Shown: in pieces, positions 10,747-20,717 of the stretch | Layout of the letters: each line of letters opens with the position of its first letter | Position numbering within the stretch: the stretch's first letter is position 1 | Made by a program: the position numbers and the translations under genes | The notes under the pieces: model-generated | Databases searched by the model: none | Seen by the model: only the letters and a program-made list of their open reading frames with translations | What the model was told of the DNA's origin: nothing | DNA from: Alphaproteobacteria bacterium | GTDB lineage: Bacteria; Pseudomonadota; Alphaproteobacteria; CALKHQ01 | DNA: 64,000 bases | Assembly (NCBI GenBank): GCA_965227515.1 | Contig: CBDDFZ010000001.1 | Coordinates: 3,680,001-3,744,000, forward strand | Direction: 5' to 3'

Positions 10747-11711
10747 GCACCCCGGTGCAACAGGATCTGCTTCCAGATCGCCGTTTCGTCATAGAGCACC
10801 CATTCGCGCCGCAAGCCCCATGGGCCGAATTCGGCATGGCTGAAGCCCATGAGATGGACCGGCGCGCCAGAGGGCGGACCGAACGGGCCCCAGCCATCGT
10901 GCCGCCCGTCCAGCGACCAGCGCAGGGCCGCGCGCGGCGGCATCTTCGGGTCGTCGCGTCCGATCCGGTGGTGGACAGCGAAGGTCGCGGCGGGAAAGGC
11001 GGATCGCAGGCCCAGCCAGAAGGCGTCCGCCGCCGCCCAGCCATGGCCCGATACGCCACCCGGGTGCTCAAGATGGCAGGCGCGGTCGTAGGTCGAGGGA
11101 ATGGCAGCGAAGTCGGCGTTCATGACGCGCCGCAGCAGGTCGGCATACTCCTCCCCGGCGGCATGATCGTTGCCCTTGCCGGTGTAAATGAGCGGCGCGT
11201 CCCGGTCCGGCGTGAAGGGCCGGCTTGCATGCTCCGGGCCGCCCTCGGCGGCGATGCGGTCGGCAGCGTACTGCTGGGGCGCGATGCCCAACTGCCGCAC
11301 GATCGCGCCCTGATCGCGCACCAGCCACTCGTCATAGACCTGGTTGTTGCGGCAGGCGCAGTCGGCGATGGCGCGGTAGCGCAGCGTCTTGCCCGTCGCC
11401 GGGCCGTATGTGCCGCTGGCCAGGTGCGTGGCGGTGCACATCAGCCGGTGGGAAGACAGAAAGTCATCCTCGGTGCCCGACCAGATGACGTCCTCGCCGA
11501 ACAACTGACGATCCGGCAGTTCAGCCAATGTTGCGGTGGTGGCCGCGATGACCGCCTGGTTGCCGGTGACCACGCCGGCCGGCGACCGCACCGCGATGTC
11601 GTCGGTGTAGTAGTGATTGAGGGTATCGACGCCCCTGTCTTCCCAGATCTCCTTGGTGATGCCGAGAATGTAGTCGGGCGGATCGGCGAACTTCGGGTCG
11701 AAGCCCTTCAC
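10743..11711 (-). CDS. Tandem SnoaL/NTF2-like ('ester cyclase') protein
   Basis: Two NTF2-like repeats (ATHLASGTYGPATGK...DEWLVRDQ; GRHDGWGPFGPPSG...REWVLYDE). Confidence 0.78.
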   Translation of the reverse strand: MKGFDPKFADPPDYILGITKEIWEDRGVDTLNHYYTDDIAVRSPAGVVTGNQAVIAATTATLAELPDRQLFGEDVIWSGTEDDFLSSHRLMCTATHLASGTYGPATGKTLRYRAIADCACRNNQVYDEWLVRDQGAIVRQLGIAPQQYAADRIAAEGGPEHASRPFTPDRDAPLIYTGKGNDHAAGEEYADLLRRVMNADFAAIPSTYDRACHLEHPGGVSGHGWAAADAFWLGLRSAFPAATFAVHHRIGRDDPKMPPRAALRWSLDGRHDGWGPFGPPSGAPVHLMGFSHAEFGPWGLRREWVLYDETAIWKQILLHRGA

Positions 11712-12724
11712 GTGGCAGCCTCCGTGGGGATGCGCGCAGACGTGCGCACGATGAGCGGCGCGTCGATGATCGTGCGCTGGGGCTCACTGTCCCCGCGCTC
11801 GATCCGCGCCAGCAAGGTATCGACCACCGCGTCCACCATGTCGTCGGCGGATTGCCGGATCGTGGTCAGGCCATAGGTCGGCCAGGCGGCCTGGGGCACG
11901 TCGTCGTAGCCGACGATGGACACGTCTTCCGGCACCCTGAGCCCGAACTCGCCGCGCAGCACGTCCATGACGGCAATCGCCATGTGGTCGTTGGCGACGA
12001 ACACGGCGTCGGGACGGTCCGCGCGTTCGAACATGCGGCGTGCGGCGGCCTCCGCATCCGGAAAGCTGTAGTTGCCGACGTCGCGCGCGAAGAGGCTCAG
12101 GCCGTGCGCCTCCAGGCCGGCGAGGAACCCGGCTTCGCGGTCGCGCTGGGTCGCAGCACCTTCCCAACCGGCGATGTAGGCAATGCGCTTGTGCCCACCC
12201 GCGGCAAGGAATTCGGCCAGCCTTCGGCCACCCGCCAGATTGTCGCCGGTGACGGCGGAAAACCTGGGATCGTCCTGGGCGCGGTTGAACAGCACGACCG
12301 GCACCCCGGCATCGTCGCACCGCGCGGCCAGGTCGGACGACATGGACGCCGACGCCAGCACGATGCCATCGGCCTGGTAGTTCAGGATCTTGTCGAGCAG
12401 GTCGTCGACATTGGCCGCCGTCTGCGGCGCCATGAACATCAAGATGTGGTAGCCGCGCTGTTGCAGCGCGCGTGACAGCAGTTCCAGCGCGGTCGGGTAG
12501 AACAGATTGTCCAGGTAGGCGACGACCAGACCGATGATGCGGCTGCGCCCGGTGATCAGCGAGCGGGCAAGCGCATTCGGCCTGTAGCCAAGCTCCTGCG
12601 CCGCCTTCAGCACCTTGGCGCGCGTCTTGATGCTGACGCTGCCGCCGGGGGTGAAGGTGCGGCTGACCGCCGATTGGCTGACCCCGGCATGTCGCGCCAC
12701 GTCGGTGGAGGACGGCCTGCTCAT
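11708..12724 (-). CDS. LacI-family transcriptional regulator
   Basis: HTH DVARHAGVSQSAVSR, LGYRPNALARSL, C-terminal VGYDD...LTTIRQ. Confidence 0.92.
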   Translation of the reverse strand: MSRPSSTDVARHAGVSQSAVSRTFTPGGSVSIKTRAKVLKAAQELGYRPNALARSLITGRSRIIGLVVAYLDNLFYPTALELLSRALQQRGYHILMFMAPQTAANVDDLLDKILNYQADGIVLASASMSSDLAARCDDAGVPVVLFNRAQDDPRFSAVTGDNLAGGRRLAEFLAAGGHKRIAYIAGWEGAATQRDREAGFLAGLEAHGLSLFARDVGNYSFPDAEAAARRMFERADRPDAVFVANDHMAIAVMDVLRGEFGLRVPEDVSIVGYDDVPQAAWPTYGLTTIRQSADDMVDAVVDTLLARIERGDSEPQRTIIDAPLIVRTSARIPTEAAT

Positions 12725-13272
12725 GCCCCCTCACCATCGCGCCGCGGCGTTGCAGCGTCTGCCTCGTCGTGCCCCTGGTCGAACTTCTCCCACCCCTCGC
12801 CGTTGAAGGGGTCGACGCCGAGCTGGCGCATCACGTGGGGGAAATCGACCATCACCCAATTGTCGACGATCTTGCCGTCCTTCACTTTCCAGAAGTCCAT
12901 GTAGCGGATCTCGACCCGCTTGCCGGTGGGCGCGATGCCCATGAACTCGCCCGAGTGCACCGCCTCCTGCCGGCCGAAGGCGGCCATCCACTCGCCCTCC
13001 GCGATCCGCGCCTCATCGATGCACACCTTGTCCGAGAACGCGGCCTGGAACGGGCGTTGCCAGTTGTCCTGGAACTCGCGCAAGCCCGCCTTGGTGCCAC
13101 AACCGGCATTGCCGTACCAATGGAAACCGTTGGCAAAAAACGCACCGATATCGTCGATGCGGTGGTCGTTCAGCCCGTCGACCATGGTCTCGACAACACG
13201 TCTGGTCTCCGCCGTCTTCGACAGATCGTTCTCGCGGGTCAGGGCCGCTTGCGGAGGGCGGGCGCCAGCCAT
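12721..13272 (-). CDS. Single-domain SnoaL-like ester cyclase
   Basis: WYGNAGCG...HSGEFMGIAPTGKRVEIRYMDFWKVKDGKIVDNWVMVD; start MAGARPP at 13272 after the permease stop. Confidence 0.85.
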   Translation of the reverse strand: MAGARPPQAALTRENDLSKTAETRRVVETMVDGLNDHRIDDIGAFFANGFHWYGNAGCGTKAGLREFQDNWQRPFQAAFSDKVCIDEARIAEGEWMAAFGRQEAVHSGEFMGIAPTGKRVEIRYMDFWKVKDGKIVDNWVMVDFPHVMRQLGVDPFNGEGWEKFDQGHDEADAATPRRDGEGA

Positions 13273-13286
13273 TAGCTCTATCCCCT

Positions 13287-14411
13287 CTAGCCCTTCACCG
13301 CACCGGCGGTCAGGCCGGAGACGATCTGGCGCTGGAACACCATCACCAGCACGAACAGGGGCGCTGTGATGGAGACGGCCGCGGCAACGGCCTCCACCTG
13401 ATCGGTCATCGTGGTTTCGCGGTTGAAGTATTGGGTGATGGAAGGAACCATGGTCATCGATTGCGCGTCCAGCAACAGTGCGGTGACCAGATAGTCGTTG
13501 TAGGCCAGCAGGAACGAGAACAGGCCGGTGGTGATCACCCCCGGCCACATCACCGGCATGATGACGCGGCGGAACGCCTCGAAATGGGTGCAGCCGTCGA
13601 CCCGCGCCGCCTCGTCGAGCTCGGCCGGAATATTCATGAAGAACGAGCGCAGCATCCAGATCGTGAAGGGCTGGTTGATCGACACCAGCACCACGATCAC
13701 CGCCCACGGCTGGCCATAGAACCCGAGATCGATGAACGGCGGCAGGTAGCCGGTGACCAGCACCGAATGCGGCAGCGCGCGGAAGATCAGCGCCAGGATC
13801 AGCAGCCAGAACGCAAGAGACGAGGGCGTGCGCGCCAGGGCGTAGCCGGCCAGCGTGCCCACGGTCAGCGAGACGGTGACCACGCCGGCGGTGACCAGCA
13901 TCGAGTTCAGGAAGTTGTTGTAGAAGCCGTTGTCGACCCAGACCGCCTCATAGTGCTGGGTCGTCATCCCGATCAGCGGATCGACCAGAAAGCCGCCGCC
14001 GGTGGCGCTGCGCAGTGTCTCGGAGATCAGCGGCAGCAGCCAGACCAGTACGAGGCCCACGGCGATGAGGAAGAGCACGCCGGCGACGATCCAGCCGACC
14101 CAGACCTGGCCCGAGACGGCCAGGGTGCGCGCGGCCATCGCGCCATGGCGGCGGGCGAGCCGGGCCGCGAACCAGATCGCGGCAATACCGAGCACGATGT
14201 CGACCGGCGAGAGCCCCGCTCCCGCCGTGCGGGTTGCCGGCCCGAAGATGACGTCCAGTGGGTTGGACGCGAACGCGTCCACCGGCAGCTTGAACGACAT
14301 CACCATGATCCAGAACAACGGGAAGGCCGCGATCAGCATCCAGAATGCGAGGAAGCCGGCCGAGGTCAGTTTCAGCCCCCAGGGCTGGCGCATTGCGCGT
14401 GTTTCCGCCAT
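13287..14411 (-). CDS. Carbohydrate ABC transporter permease with extra N-terminal TM insert
   Basis: EAA motif ELDEAARVDG, C-terminal GLTAGAVKG; 374 aa. Confidence 0.9.
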   Translation of the reverse strand: MAETRAMRQPWGLKLTSAGFLAFWMLIAAFPLFWIMVMSFKLPVDAFASNPLDVIFGPATRTAGAGLSPVDIVLGIAAIWFAARLARRHGAMAARTLAVSGQVWVGWIVAGVLFLIAVGLVLVWLLPLISETLRSATGGGFLVDPLIGMTTQHYEAVWVDNGFYNNFLNSMLVTAGVVTVSLTVGTLAGYALARTPSSLAFWLLILALIFRALPHSVLVTGYLPPFIDLGFYGQPWAVIVVLVSINQPFTIWMLRSFFMNIPAELDEAARVDGCTHFEAFRRVIMPVMWPGVITTGLFSFLLAYNDYLVTALLLDAQSMTMVPSITQYFNRETTMTDQVEAVAAAVSITAPLFVLVMVFQRQIVSGLTAGAVKG

Positions 14412-14420
14412 CGCCGCCCC

Positions 14421-15449
14421 CTATCGCTTCCTGTGGTGGTCGCGCCAGGTGCGCATCAACAGCGGGATCAACAGGATCACGATCCCGACCATGGTCAGCA
14501 TCGAGGTGGCCGACGCGCGCGAGACCGAGCGGTTGCCGCTGTCGTCAGGCGTCAGGAAGTTGAAAGTCAGCCATTGCAGCGATATGCGATGCGCCTGGGA
14601 GCGGAAGCCGATCACCTCCTCGAACACCCGGTAGGCGTCCATCAGGTGGATCAGCGCGATGAACACGATCAGCGGCATCAGGTGCGGGATGACGACGAAG
14701 CGCAACCGCTCCCAGCGCGACGCGCCATCGACGACCGCGCTCTCCAGCGTGTCCATGTTCACCGTTTGCAGGCCGGCGTAGAACACGACGAACGCGAATG
14801 GCGCCACGTGCCAGACGCGGTAGAAAAGCATCAGCACCTCGATCGCCCAGCCATTGGCGAACACCGAGACGTCGTGGCCCAGCATCGCCTCCAGGGCATT
14901 TGTCATCAGCCCGTCGCCGACGAACAGCCAGCGGATCGACAGCGCGCCGATGACCGGCGTGATGATGAACGGCAGCAGCGAGACGAAGATGATCGGGCCG
15001 CGCAGGCGCTTGATGGCGTTGTTGACCGCGACCGCGATCGCCAGGCCGACGCCAATGACCAGCGGCAGGGTGATCAGGGTGAAGGTCAGGGTGAACCTGA
15101 GCGCCTTGTAGAAGTCGATGTTGAGGAGGTCGGCGAGCCCGCCGCCCGCGGCCGAGAAGGCGTCGGCCACCGCCTCCGGCTGCAGCAGGCTGACATAGAC
15201 GTCGAACCCGACAAATGTGGTTTCGGTGACCGGCTGGCCATTCTCATCTAGCACTTGTTGGCGCCGCACCTCCTCGGTGCACACCGGGTTGGGGAAGCCC
15301 GGCGTGCAACTCTCGACCGTCACCTCCTCGAATACCGACTGGGTGAGCAAGAACGACTGCACCAGCACGCTCGCCAGCGGTGCGGCGATAAAGATCACCA
15401 TCAGCGCGACCGACGGCGCCACGAACGCGATGAACGTGCGGCGTTTCAC
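14421..15449 (-). CDS. Carbohydrate ABC transporter permease
   Basis: LESAVVDGAS EAA motif; periplasmic loop CTPGFPNPVC. Confidence 0.9.
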   Translation of the reverse strand: MKRRTFIAFVAPSVALMVIFIAAPLASVLVQSFLLTQSVFEEVTVESCTPGFPNPVCTEEVRRQQVLDENGQPVTETTFVGFDVYVSLLQPEAVADAFSAAGGGLADLLNIDFYKALRFTLTFTLITLPLVIGVGLAIAVAVNNAIKRLRGPIIFVSLLPFIITPVIGALSIRWLFVGDGLMTNALEAMLGHDVSVFANGWAIEVLMLFYRVWHVAPFAFVVFYAGLQTVNMDTLESAVVDGASRWERLRFVVIPHLMPLIVFIALIHLMDAYRVFEEVIGFRSQAHRISLQWLTFNFLTPDDSGNRSVSRASATSMLTMVGIVILLIPLLMRTWRDHHRKR

Positions 15450-15517
15450 GTGCGGGGTCCCAGCGGAGTCCAGGCAAGGGCGGCGCGCAGCCCATCCGGC
15501 AGCGCGCCAGCCTCAAC

Positions 15518-16735
15518 CTATTGGATCAGCCCGCTCTCCTTGGCCAGGCTCAGATAGGCGGCCTCCACATCGGCCAGAGTCTGCTCGGCGCTCTCGTCAC
15601 CGAGCAGGAAGTCGGCGATGTTGTCGCCCAGCGCGGTGTGCATCAGGCCCATCTCCGTCGACGCCGGATAGGACGGTGCGCCAGCGATGGCGGAGTCGAT
15701 GGCGCCCTGCGCCACCGGGCTCGGCTCGAAGCCATCGATCAGCCACACGGCGACATCGTTGTTGGCCTGCACCATCTCGGTGTCCAGGCCCTCCATTGCG
15801 ACGCGGAACGCGGCCTCGGCCTCCTCGTCGGGGATGTTCTTGGCGATGACGATACCGTCCCACCACAGGGTGGTCGCCGGTGCACCGCCTTCGACGGCGG
15901 CCGGAGCGGCGGCCATCGTCACCAGGCCGACCACGCTGGACTCCGCCTCGTCGTCCATGGCGCCGGCGCGGCTCGCCCACAGATTGGCCATGGCGATGTC
16001 GCCCTGCTGGAACTGCTGCTGCACATAGGTTGAGTCGGAGACCAGGAACTCGGGGTCCATATAGGCGGTCAGCGCCTTCAGCATCTCCAGCGCCTGCACG
16101 CCCTGCTCGTTGTTGACCGACGGCGTCAGGTCGTCGTTGAAGAACGCGCCGCCGAAGCCGAGGTACATATTGATGAATTCCTCGCCCAGGTTCCAACCGG
16201 TCATGAACGTGCCGCCGATCGGGTAGTCCACCACCCCGGCCTCCTGGATCACCTCGGCCGCGGCCAGCATCTCGTCATAGGTTGTAGGCGGCGCCAGGCC
16301 CAGGTCGTCGAAAATATCGGATCGGTACATCAGGTGCTGGGCGTTCACCATCATCGCGATCGCCATGATGTCGCCGTCGATGGAGATGAGCTGGTTCGGG
16401 GTCAACTGGCCGCCATACGCCTCCACCAGGTCGTTCAGCGGGCGGATGGTGCCGTCGTTCAGCAGCGGCACCAGGGTGCCGTTGGCGACCCCGCCGACAT
16501 GATAGAGCGACGGATCGGCGGCGAAGCCTGTCGGTTGCTTGGTGCGAAACTCCTGGTCGAGCTCGGCATTGACGTTGCCGCACTCGGCCATCGCGCCGGT
16601 GACCGCTTGCCAGGCTTCGAACGCCGCCGACAGCATGCTGATCTCGACATCGTTCTCGAACGCGCATTCGGCGAACGCGCCGCCAGCCGGCGCAATCGCG
16701 CAGGCCGACGCCAAGGCGATGGTGCGAAGCTTCAT
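15518..16735 (-). CDS. Sugar ABC transporter substrate-binding protein
   Basis: Signal peptide MKLRTIALASACAIAPAGGAFA; SBP family 1 features (LMYRSDIF, AMANLWASRA); GGGAGA RBS. Confidence 0.88.
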   Translation of the reverse strand: MKLRTIALASACAIAPAGGAFAECAFENDVEISMLSAAFEAWQAVTGAMAECGNVNAELDQEFRTKQPTGFAADPSLYHVGGVANGTLVPLLNDGTIRPLNDLVEAYGGQLTPNQLISIDGDIMAIAMMVNAQHLMYRSDIFDDLGLAPPTTYDEMLAAAEVIQEAGVVDYPIGGTFMTGWNLGEEFINMYLGFGGAFFNDDLTPSVNNEQGVQALEMLKALTAYMDPEFLVSDSTYVQQQFQQGDIAMANLWASRAGAMDDEAESSVVGLVTMAAAPAAVEGGAPATTLWWDGIVIAKNIPDEEAEAAFRVAMEGLDTEMVQANNDVAVWLIDGFEPSPVAQGAIDSAIAGAPSYPASTEMGLMHTALGDNIADFLLGDESAEQTLADVEAAYLSLAKESGLIQ

Positions 16736-16774
16736 GTCAATCTCCCTGAGTTTCAATTAGGGGCTGCCTGAGGT

Positions 16775-17851
16775 TCAATTGGTTGGCGGGGCGGCGGCGG
16801 GCTCGATCCGCTGCCCGTTCTCGCGGTCGAACAAATGGCAATGGGCGACCGGGACGTGGAAGCCGACCGTGTCGCCGATTTCGGCGCGGTAGTCCTTGTC
16901 GGCCTTGACCGCGACCAGGGCGCCGCCCGCGCGCACCGTGACCATGGTCGAATCGCCAAGCAGTTCGATGGAGAAGATCGGCGCCGCCACCTCAGCGCCC
17001 TCGGGCGGGCCGACACGGGCGTCCTCCGCCCGGAAGCCGAGCGTCACCGGGCCGCGCTCGCCGGTGACCAAGCCACCGATCTCGACGTTGTCGCCGCGGA
17101 AGATGCCGTCGGTCACCTCGCCCTCCATCAGGTTCATCGCCGGCGAGCCGATGAACCCGGCCACGAACGTATTGGCGGGGTTGTTGTAGATCTCGGTCGG
17201 TGAGCCGACTTGCTGCACGACGCCGTGGTTCATCACCACCACGCGATCGGCCAGCGTCATCGCCTCGATCTGATCGTGGGTGACATAGATCGTCGTGACT
17301 TCCAGCTCGTGCTGCAGGTTCTTCAACTGCGCCCGGGTCGAGACGCGCAACTTGGCGTCCAGATTGGACAGCGGCTCGTCCATCAGGAACACCTGCGGCT
17401 GGCGCACGATGGCCCGCGCCAAGGCCACGCGCTGGCGCTGTCCGCCGGAGAGCGCGGCCGGCTTGCGGTCCAGCAACTCGGACAGCTCCACCATTTCCGC
17501 GGCCCTGCGCACCCGCTCGTCATGGGCGGCGGTCGGCACCTTGCGCACCTTCAGCGGGAAGCGAATGTTCTCGTAGACGGTCATGTTCGGATAAAGGCCG
17601 TAGCTCTGGAACACCATCGCCACGTCGCGGTCCTTGGGCTCCAGGTCGTTCACGACCCGGCCGCCGATCAGGATCTCGCCCTCGGTCGCGTCCTCCAGGC
17701 CGGCGACCATGCGCATGGTCGTGGTCTTGCCGCAGCCCGACGGGCCAAGCAGCACCAGGAACTCGTGGTCCTCCACCGTCAGGTCGAACTTGTCGACCCC
17801 GACGAAGCTGCCCCAGCGCTTGGAGACGTTTCGCAGTTGGATTTCCGCCAC
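16775..17851 (-). CDS. Sugar ABC transporter ATP-binding protein
   Basis: GPSGCGKTT, LSGGQRQR, FLMDEP, HDQ; GTG start at 17851 with GAGAGG RBS. Confidence 0.93.
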   Translation of the reverse strand: MAEIQLRNVSKRWGSFVGVDKFDLTVEDHEFLVLLGPSGCGKTTTMRMVAGLEDATEGEILIGGRVVNDLEPKDRDVAMVFQSYGLYPNMTVYENIRFPLKVRKVPTAAHDERVRRAAEMVELSELLDRKPAALSGGQRQRVALARAIVRQPQVFLMDEPLSNLDAKLRVSTRAQLKNLQHELEVTTIYVTHDQIEAMTLADRVVVMNHGVVQQVGSPTEIYNNPANTFVAGFIGSPAMNLMEGEVTDGIFRGDNVEIGGLVTGERGPVTLGFRAEDARVGPPEGAEVAAPIFSIELLGDSTMVTVRAGGALVAVKADKDYRAEIGDTVGFHVPVAHCHLFDRENGQRIEPAAAPPTN

Positions 17852-17864
17852 CGGCAGACCTCTC

Positions 17865-17880
17865 TTGCATACGAATGCAA
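17865..17880. promoter_or_regulatory. LacI-type operator palindrome TTGCATACGAATGCAA
   Basis: 16-bp near-perfect palindrome with central CG in the divergent intergenic region; exact reverse complement at 27698-27713. Confidence 0.8.
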
Positions 17881-17934
17881 AGAGTGTAGTCATGGGTTCG
17901 AAGAACGACAACCAATTTGTGGTGGCGCCCTGTA

Positions 17935-18915
17935 ATGAACGATCGCGAAGCCGCACGAGATTTCCTGACCCAACTCATGGCCGCGGACGACGCGGGCTGC
18001 GCGCGGCTGCTGACCGATGGGCTGGCAACCGACAGCCGCTGGCAGGTGGCGCACCCGGTCAATGACCTGGCCGGCCCCGAGGCGGTCTTCGAGGGGTTGC
18101 TGCACCCGCTGCGAACCGCCCTGCCCGGCGCAATGCGGCGCGACGAGATTTTCCTGGGCGGCCGGTCGCGCGTGTCGCAGGGCACATGGGTCTCGGCACT
18201 CGGCCACTACGTCGGCAACCTCGTCGAACCGCTGTTCGGCATTCCGGCCAACGGCAAGCTCGTGTTCCTACGCTATGGCGAGTTCTACAGGCTTGAGGGC
18301 GGGCGGATCGCGGAGGCGATCATCCTGTTCGACCTGGTCGACCTGATGCGCCAGGCCGGGTGCATGCCCCTGCCCGCCCTGCTCGGCACCGAAATGCTGT
18401 TCCCGGCCCCGGCCACCCACGACGGTGTCTGCCCCGACGCGCCGGATCGCTCCGATGCGTCTGCCGAACTGGTGGAAGCCATGCTCGGCGACCTCCATGC
18501 CTACGACCCCACAACCTTCGCCAGCGCCAACCAGACCGGCGCGGGCGGCTACTGGCATCGCGACATGCTGTGGTACGGTCCGGGCGGCATCGGCTCCAAT
18601 TTCACCTATGCGGGTTTCGACCGCGACCACCGGGTCGCCTTCCTGACCGCGTTTCCGGACCGCAAGGGCGGCAACCACTTCGCGCGCTTCGGCGATGGCG
18701 ACTATGTGTGCTCAGGCGGATGGCCTTCCATGACCGCGACCCATCGCGGCCCCTATCTCGGTGTCGAGGCGACGAACCGCGCGATCACCATGCGGGTGAT
18801 GGACTTCTGGCGGGTGGCCGGTTCGAAGATCATGGAGAACTGGGTGCTGATCGACATGGTGCACCTGTTCGACCAGTTGGGCGTGGACCTGATCGCACAG
18901 TGCAGCGCGCGCTGA
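17935..18915 (+). CDS. Tandem SnoaL/NTF2-like ester cyclase
   Basis: Two repeats; C-terminal WYGPGGIG...GWPSMTATHRGPYLG...MRVMDFWRVAGSKIMENWVLID. Confidence 0.82.
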   Translation: MNDREAARDFLTQLMAADDAGCARLLTDGLATDSRWQVAHPVNDLAGPEAVFEGLLHPLRTALPGAMRRDEIFLGGRSRVSQGTWVSALGHYVGNLVEPLFGIPANGKLVFLRYGEFYRLEGGRIAEAIILFDLVDLMRQAGCMPLPALLGTEMLFPAPATHDGVCPDAPDRSDASAELVEAMLGDLHAYDPTTFASANQTGAGGYWHRDMLWYGPGGIGSNFTYAGFDRDHRVAFLTAFPDRKGGNHFARFGDGDYVCSGGWPSMTATHRGPYLGVEATNRAITMRVMDFWRVAGSKIMENWVLIDMVHLFDQLGVDLIAQCSAR

Positions 18916-18928
18916 TCTGTAGACGCGC

Positions 18929-19900
18929 CTACCGGCCCATTGACGCGTCGAACTGGGCGTAGAACTGCTGCACATCCCGCCCGAAGGACTGCCGGAACGC
19001 CGACCGCCAATTCATCCCGCTGCCCAGCATGCGCCAGAACGTCGGCAGGCTGCCGATCCCGCTCTGCATCACCAGGTCCTGGACGGCGACCCGCGCCACC
19101 GGCCATTTCAGCTCCGGGGTCCAGTCGCGCTGCGCCTCCATGCTGGACAGCACCGGCGCGCCGTTGGTCGACCAGGCGCGCGCCACCAGCCGATCCTCAT
19201 CGAACCTGTGCCACGCGCCCGGGTCCATGGTCTCCACCAGCATCGAGTAGGCGATGTACTCGCTGGCACCCTCGATCAGCCAGATCGGCCCGAACAGTTC
19301 GGTCGTATTGGTGGGATCGGTCAGCAGGAACGAGTCGCGGTCTCCCGCAAAATCGTGCTGCATGATGTGCGCCATCTCGTGCGCCAGCAGATGGTTGCGT
19401 TGCAACCTGCGTTGCGCCAGTTCGGCGCTGACGCCTTCGCGCCCCGTGTTGACGACGATGAAGTTATCGCCGGCCTGCCCCGTCGAGTTGGCTATCCGGG
19501 CGACGAAATCGACCGGCAGAGTGTCATCGACGTGCGCAACGACCTGATCGCGGAGCCAGTAAGGATCGGCGGACGCGAATATCGCCAGCGGCCGGTCGCG
19601 CTGATATCCGAAATGACTATGCAGATAGGCGGCCGCCATTGCCGCCCCCTCCGCAATGTAACGGCGGTCCGCGGCCGAAACGTTGTCGTCGAAACCGAAC
19701 GACATCGTGCCCTGCTGGGCGCCCGCAACAATGCCCAGGGAAGCGGCGCCGGCGGCCGGCGAGACATCGGCAACGACATCGCTGGCCTGGGTCGAGGCGA
19801 CCTGAAAAGGCTGCCTGCTCTTCGGCTGGCAAGCACCCAGAAGTGCTACGATGACAACGGCAGAAACAATAAATACATTTGTATGCAACTTAAATATCAT
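18929..19900 (-). CDS. Lipoprotein with gluzincin metallopeptidase motif
   Basis: Lipobox LLGA-C; HEMAH plus downstream WLIEGASEY third ligand. Confidence 0.65.
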   Translation of the reverse strand: MIFKLHTNVFIVSAVVIVALLGACQPKSRQPFQVASTQASDVVADVSPAAGAASLGIVAGAQQGTMSFGFDDNVSAADRRYIAEGAAMAAAYLHSHFGYQRDRPLAIFASADPYWLRDQVVAHVDDTLPVDFVARIANSTGQAGDNFIVVNTGREGVSAELAQRRLQRNHLLAHEMAHIMQHDFAGDRDSFLLTDPTNTTELFGPIWLIEGASEYIAYSMLVETMDPGAWHRFDEDRLVARAWSTNGAPVLSSMEAQRDWTPELKWPVARVAVQDLVMQSGIGSLPTFWRMLGSGMNWRSAFRQSFGRDVQQFYAQFDASMGR

Positions 19901-19949
19901 CGTAGCCCCCCAAGATTAACAATAGGGCGCAATATCGAGGGCCGCAATA

Positions 19950-20717
19950 TTACCCTGCCGTCCAACCGCCGTCGATCAGCAGCGATGTGCCGGTCACCAT
20001 CGCGGACGCATCTGACGCCAGGTAGACGATGGCGCCCATGATGTCCTCGATGTTGCCGATGCGGCCCAATTTGATCTTGCTCTCGATCCAGCGCATCCGC
20101 TCGGGGTTGGAGAATGTCTGTTCGGCCAGGGGCGTGCGGATGAAGGTCGGGCCGATGGTGTTGACCCGGATCCCATGCGGTCCCCACTCGATCGCCATCG
20201 CCTTGGTGAACCCCTCGATGGCGAATTTGGAGGCGCAATAGACCGCGCGGTCCAGCCCGCCGACATGACCCATCTGGGACGAAACGGTGACGATGGAGCC
20301 CGGCTTGCCGGCGTCGATCAACCCCTTGGCAACCGCCTGGGCGAGGAAGTAGGCGCCGCGCAGGTTGACCGACATCACCGCGTCATAGTCGTCCGGCGTG
20401 GTCTCCACCGCCGGAGTATGGCGGGCAATGCCGGCCGAATTGACCAGCACGTCGAAGGGACCGTGGCGCGCAATCGCCTCCGCCGCTGCCTCGACATTGG
20501 CGATGTCGAGCGGAAGGGCCTCGGCAGACCAGCCCTCGCCGGTTATGGCAGCGGTCGCTTCCTCCAGGCGTTCGAGCCCGCGCGCGGCAAGCACGACGTG
20601 GGCACCGGCCTCGGCGAGAGCAACGGCGCAGCCGAAGCCGATGCCGGACGATCCGCCGGAAACCAGCGCGCGCCGGCCGTCCAGCCGCATGGATGGCGTG
20701 CGCGGAATGCCCGTCAT
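19950..20717 (-). CDS. Short-chain dehydrogenase/reductase
   Basis: SGGSSGIG, VNSAG, SSQMG, YCASK, IDGGWTAG; start overlaps the upstream stop (ATGA). Confidence 0.92.
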   Translation of the reverse strand: MTGIPRTPSMRLDGRRALVSGGSSGIGFGCAVALAEAGAHVVLAARGLERLEEATAAITGEGWSAEALPLDIANVEAAAEAIARHGPFDVLVNSAGIARHTPAVETTPDDYDAVMSVNLRGAYFLAQAVAKGLIDAGKPGSIVTVSSQMGHVGGLDRAVYCASKFAIEGFTKAMAIEWGPHGIRVNTIGPTFIRTPLAEQTFSNPERMRWIESKIKLGRIGNIEDIMGAIVYLASDASAMVTGTSLLIDGGWTAG

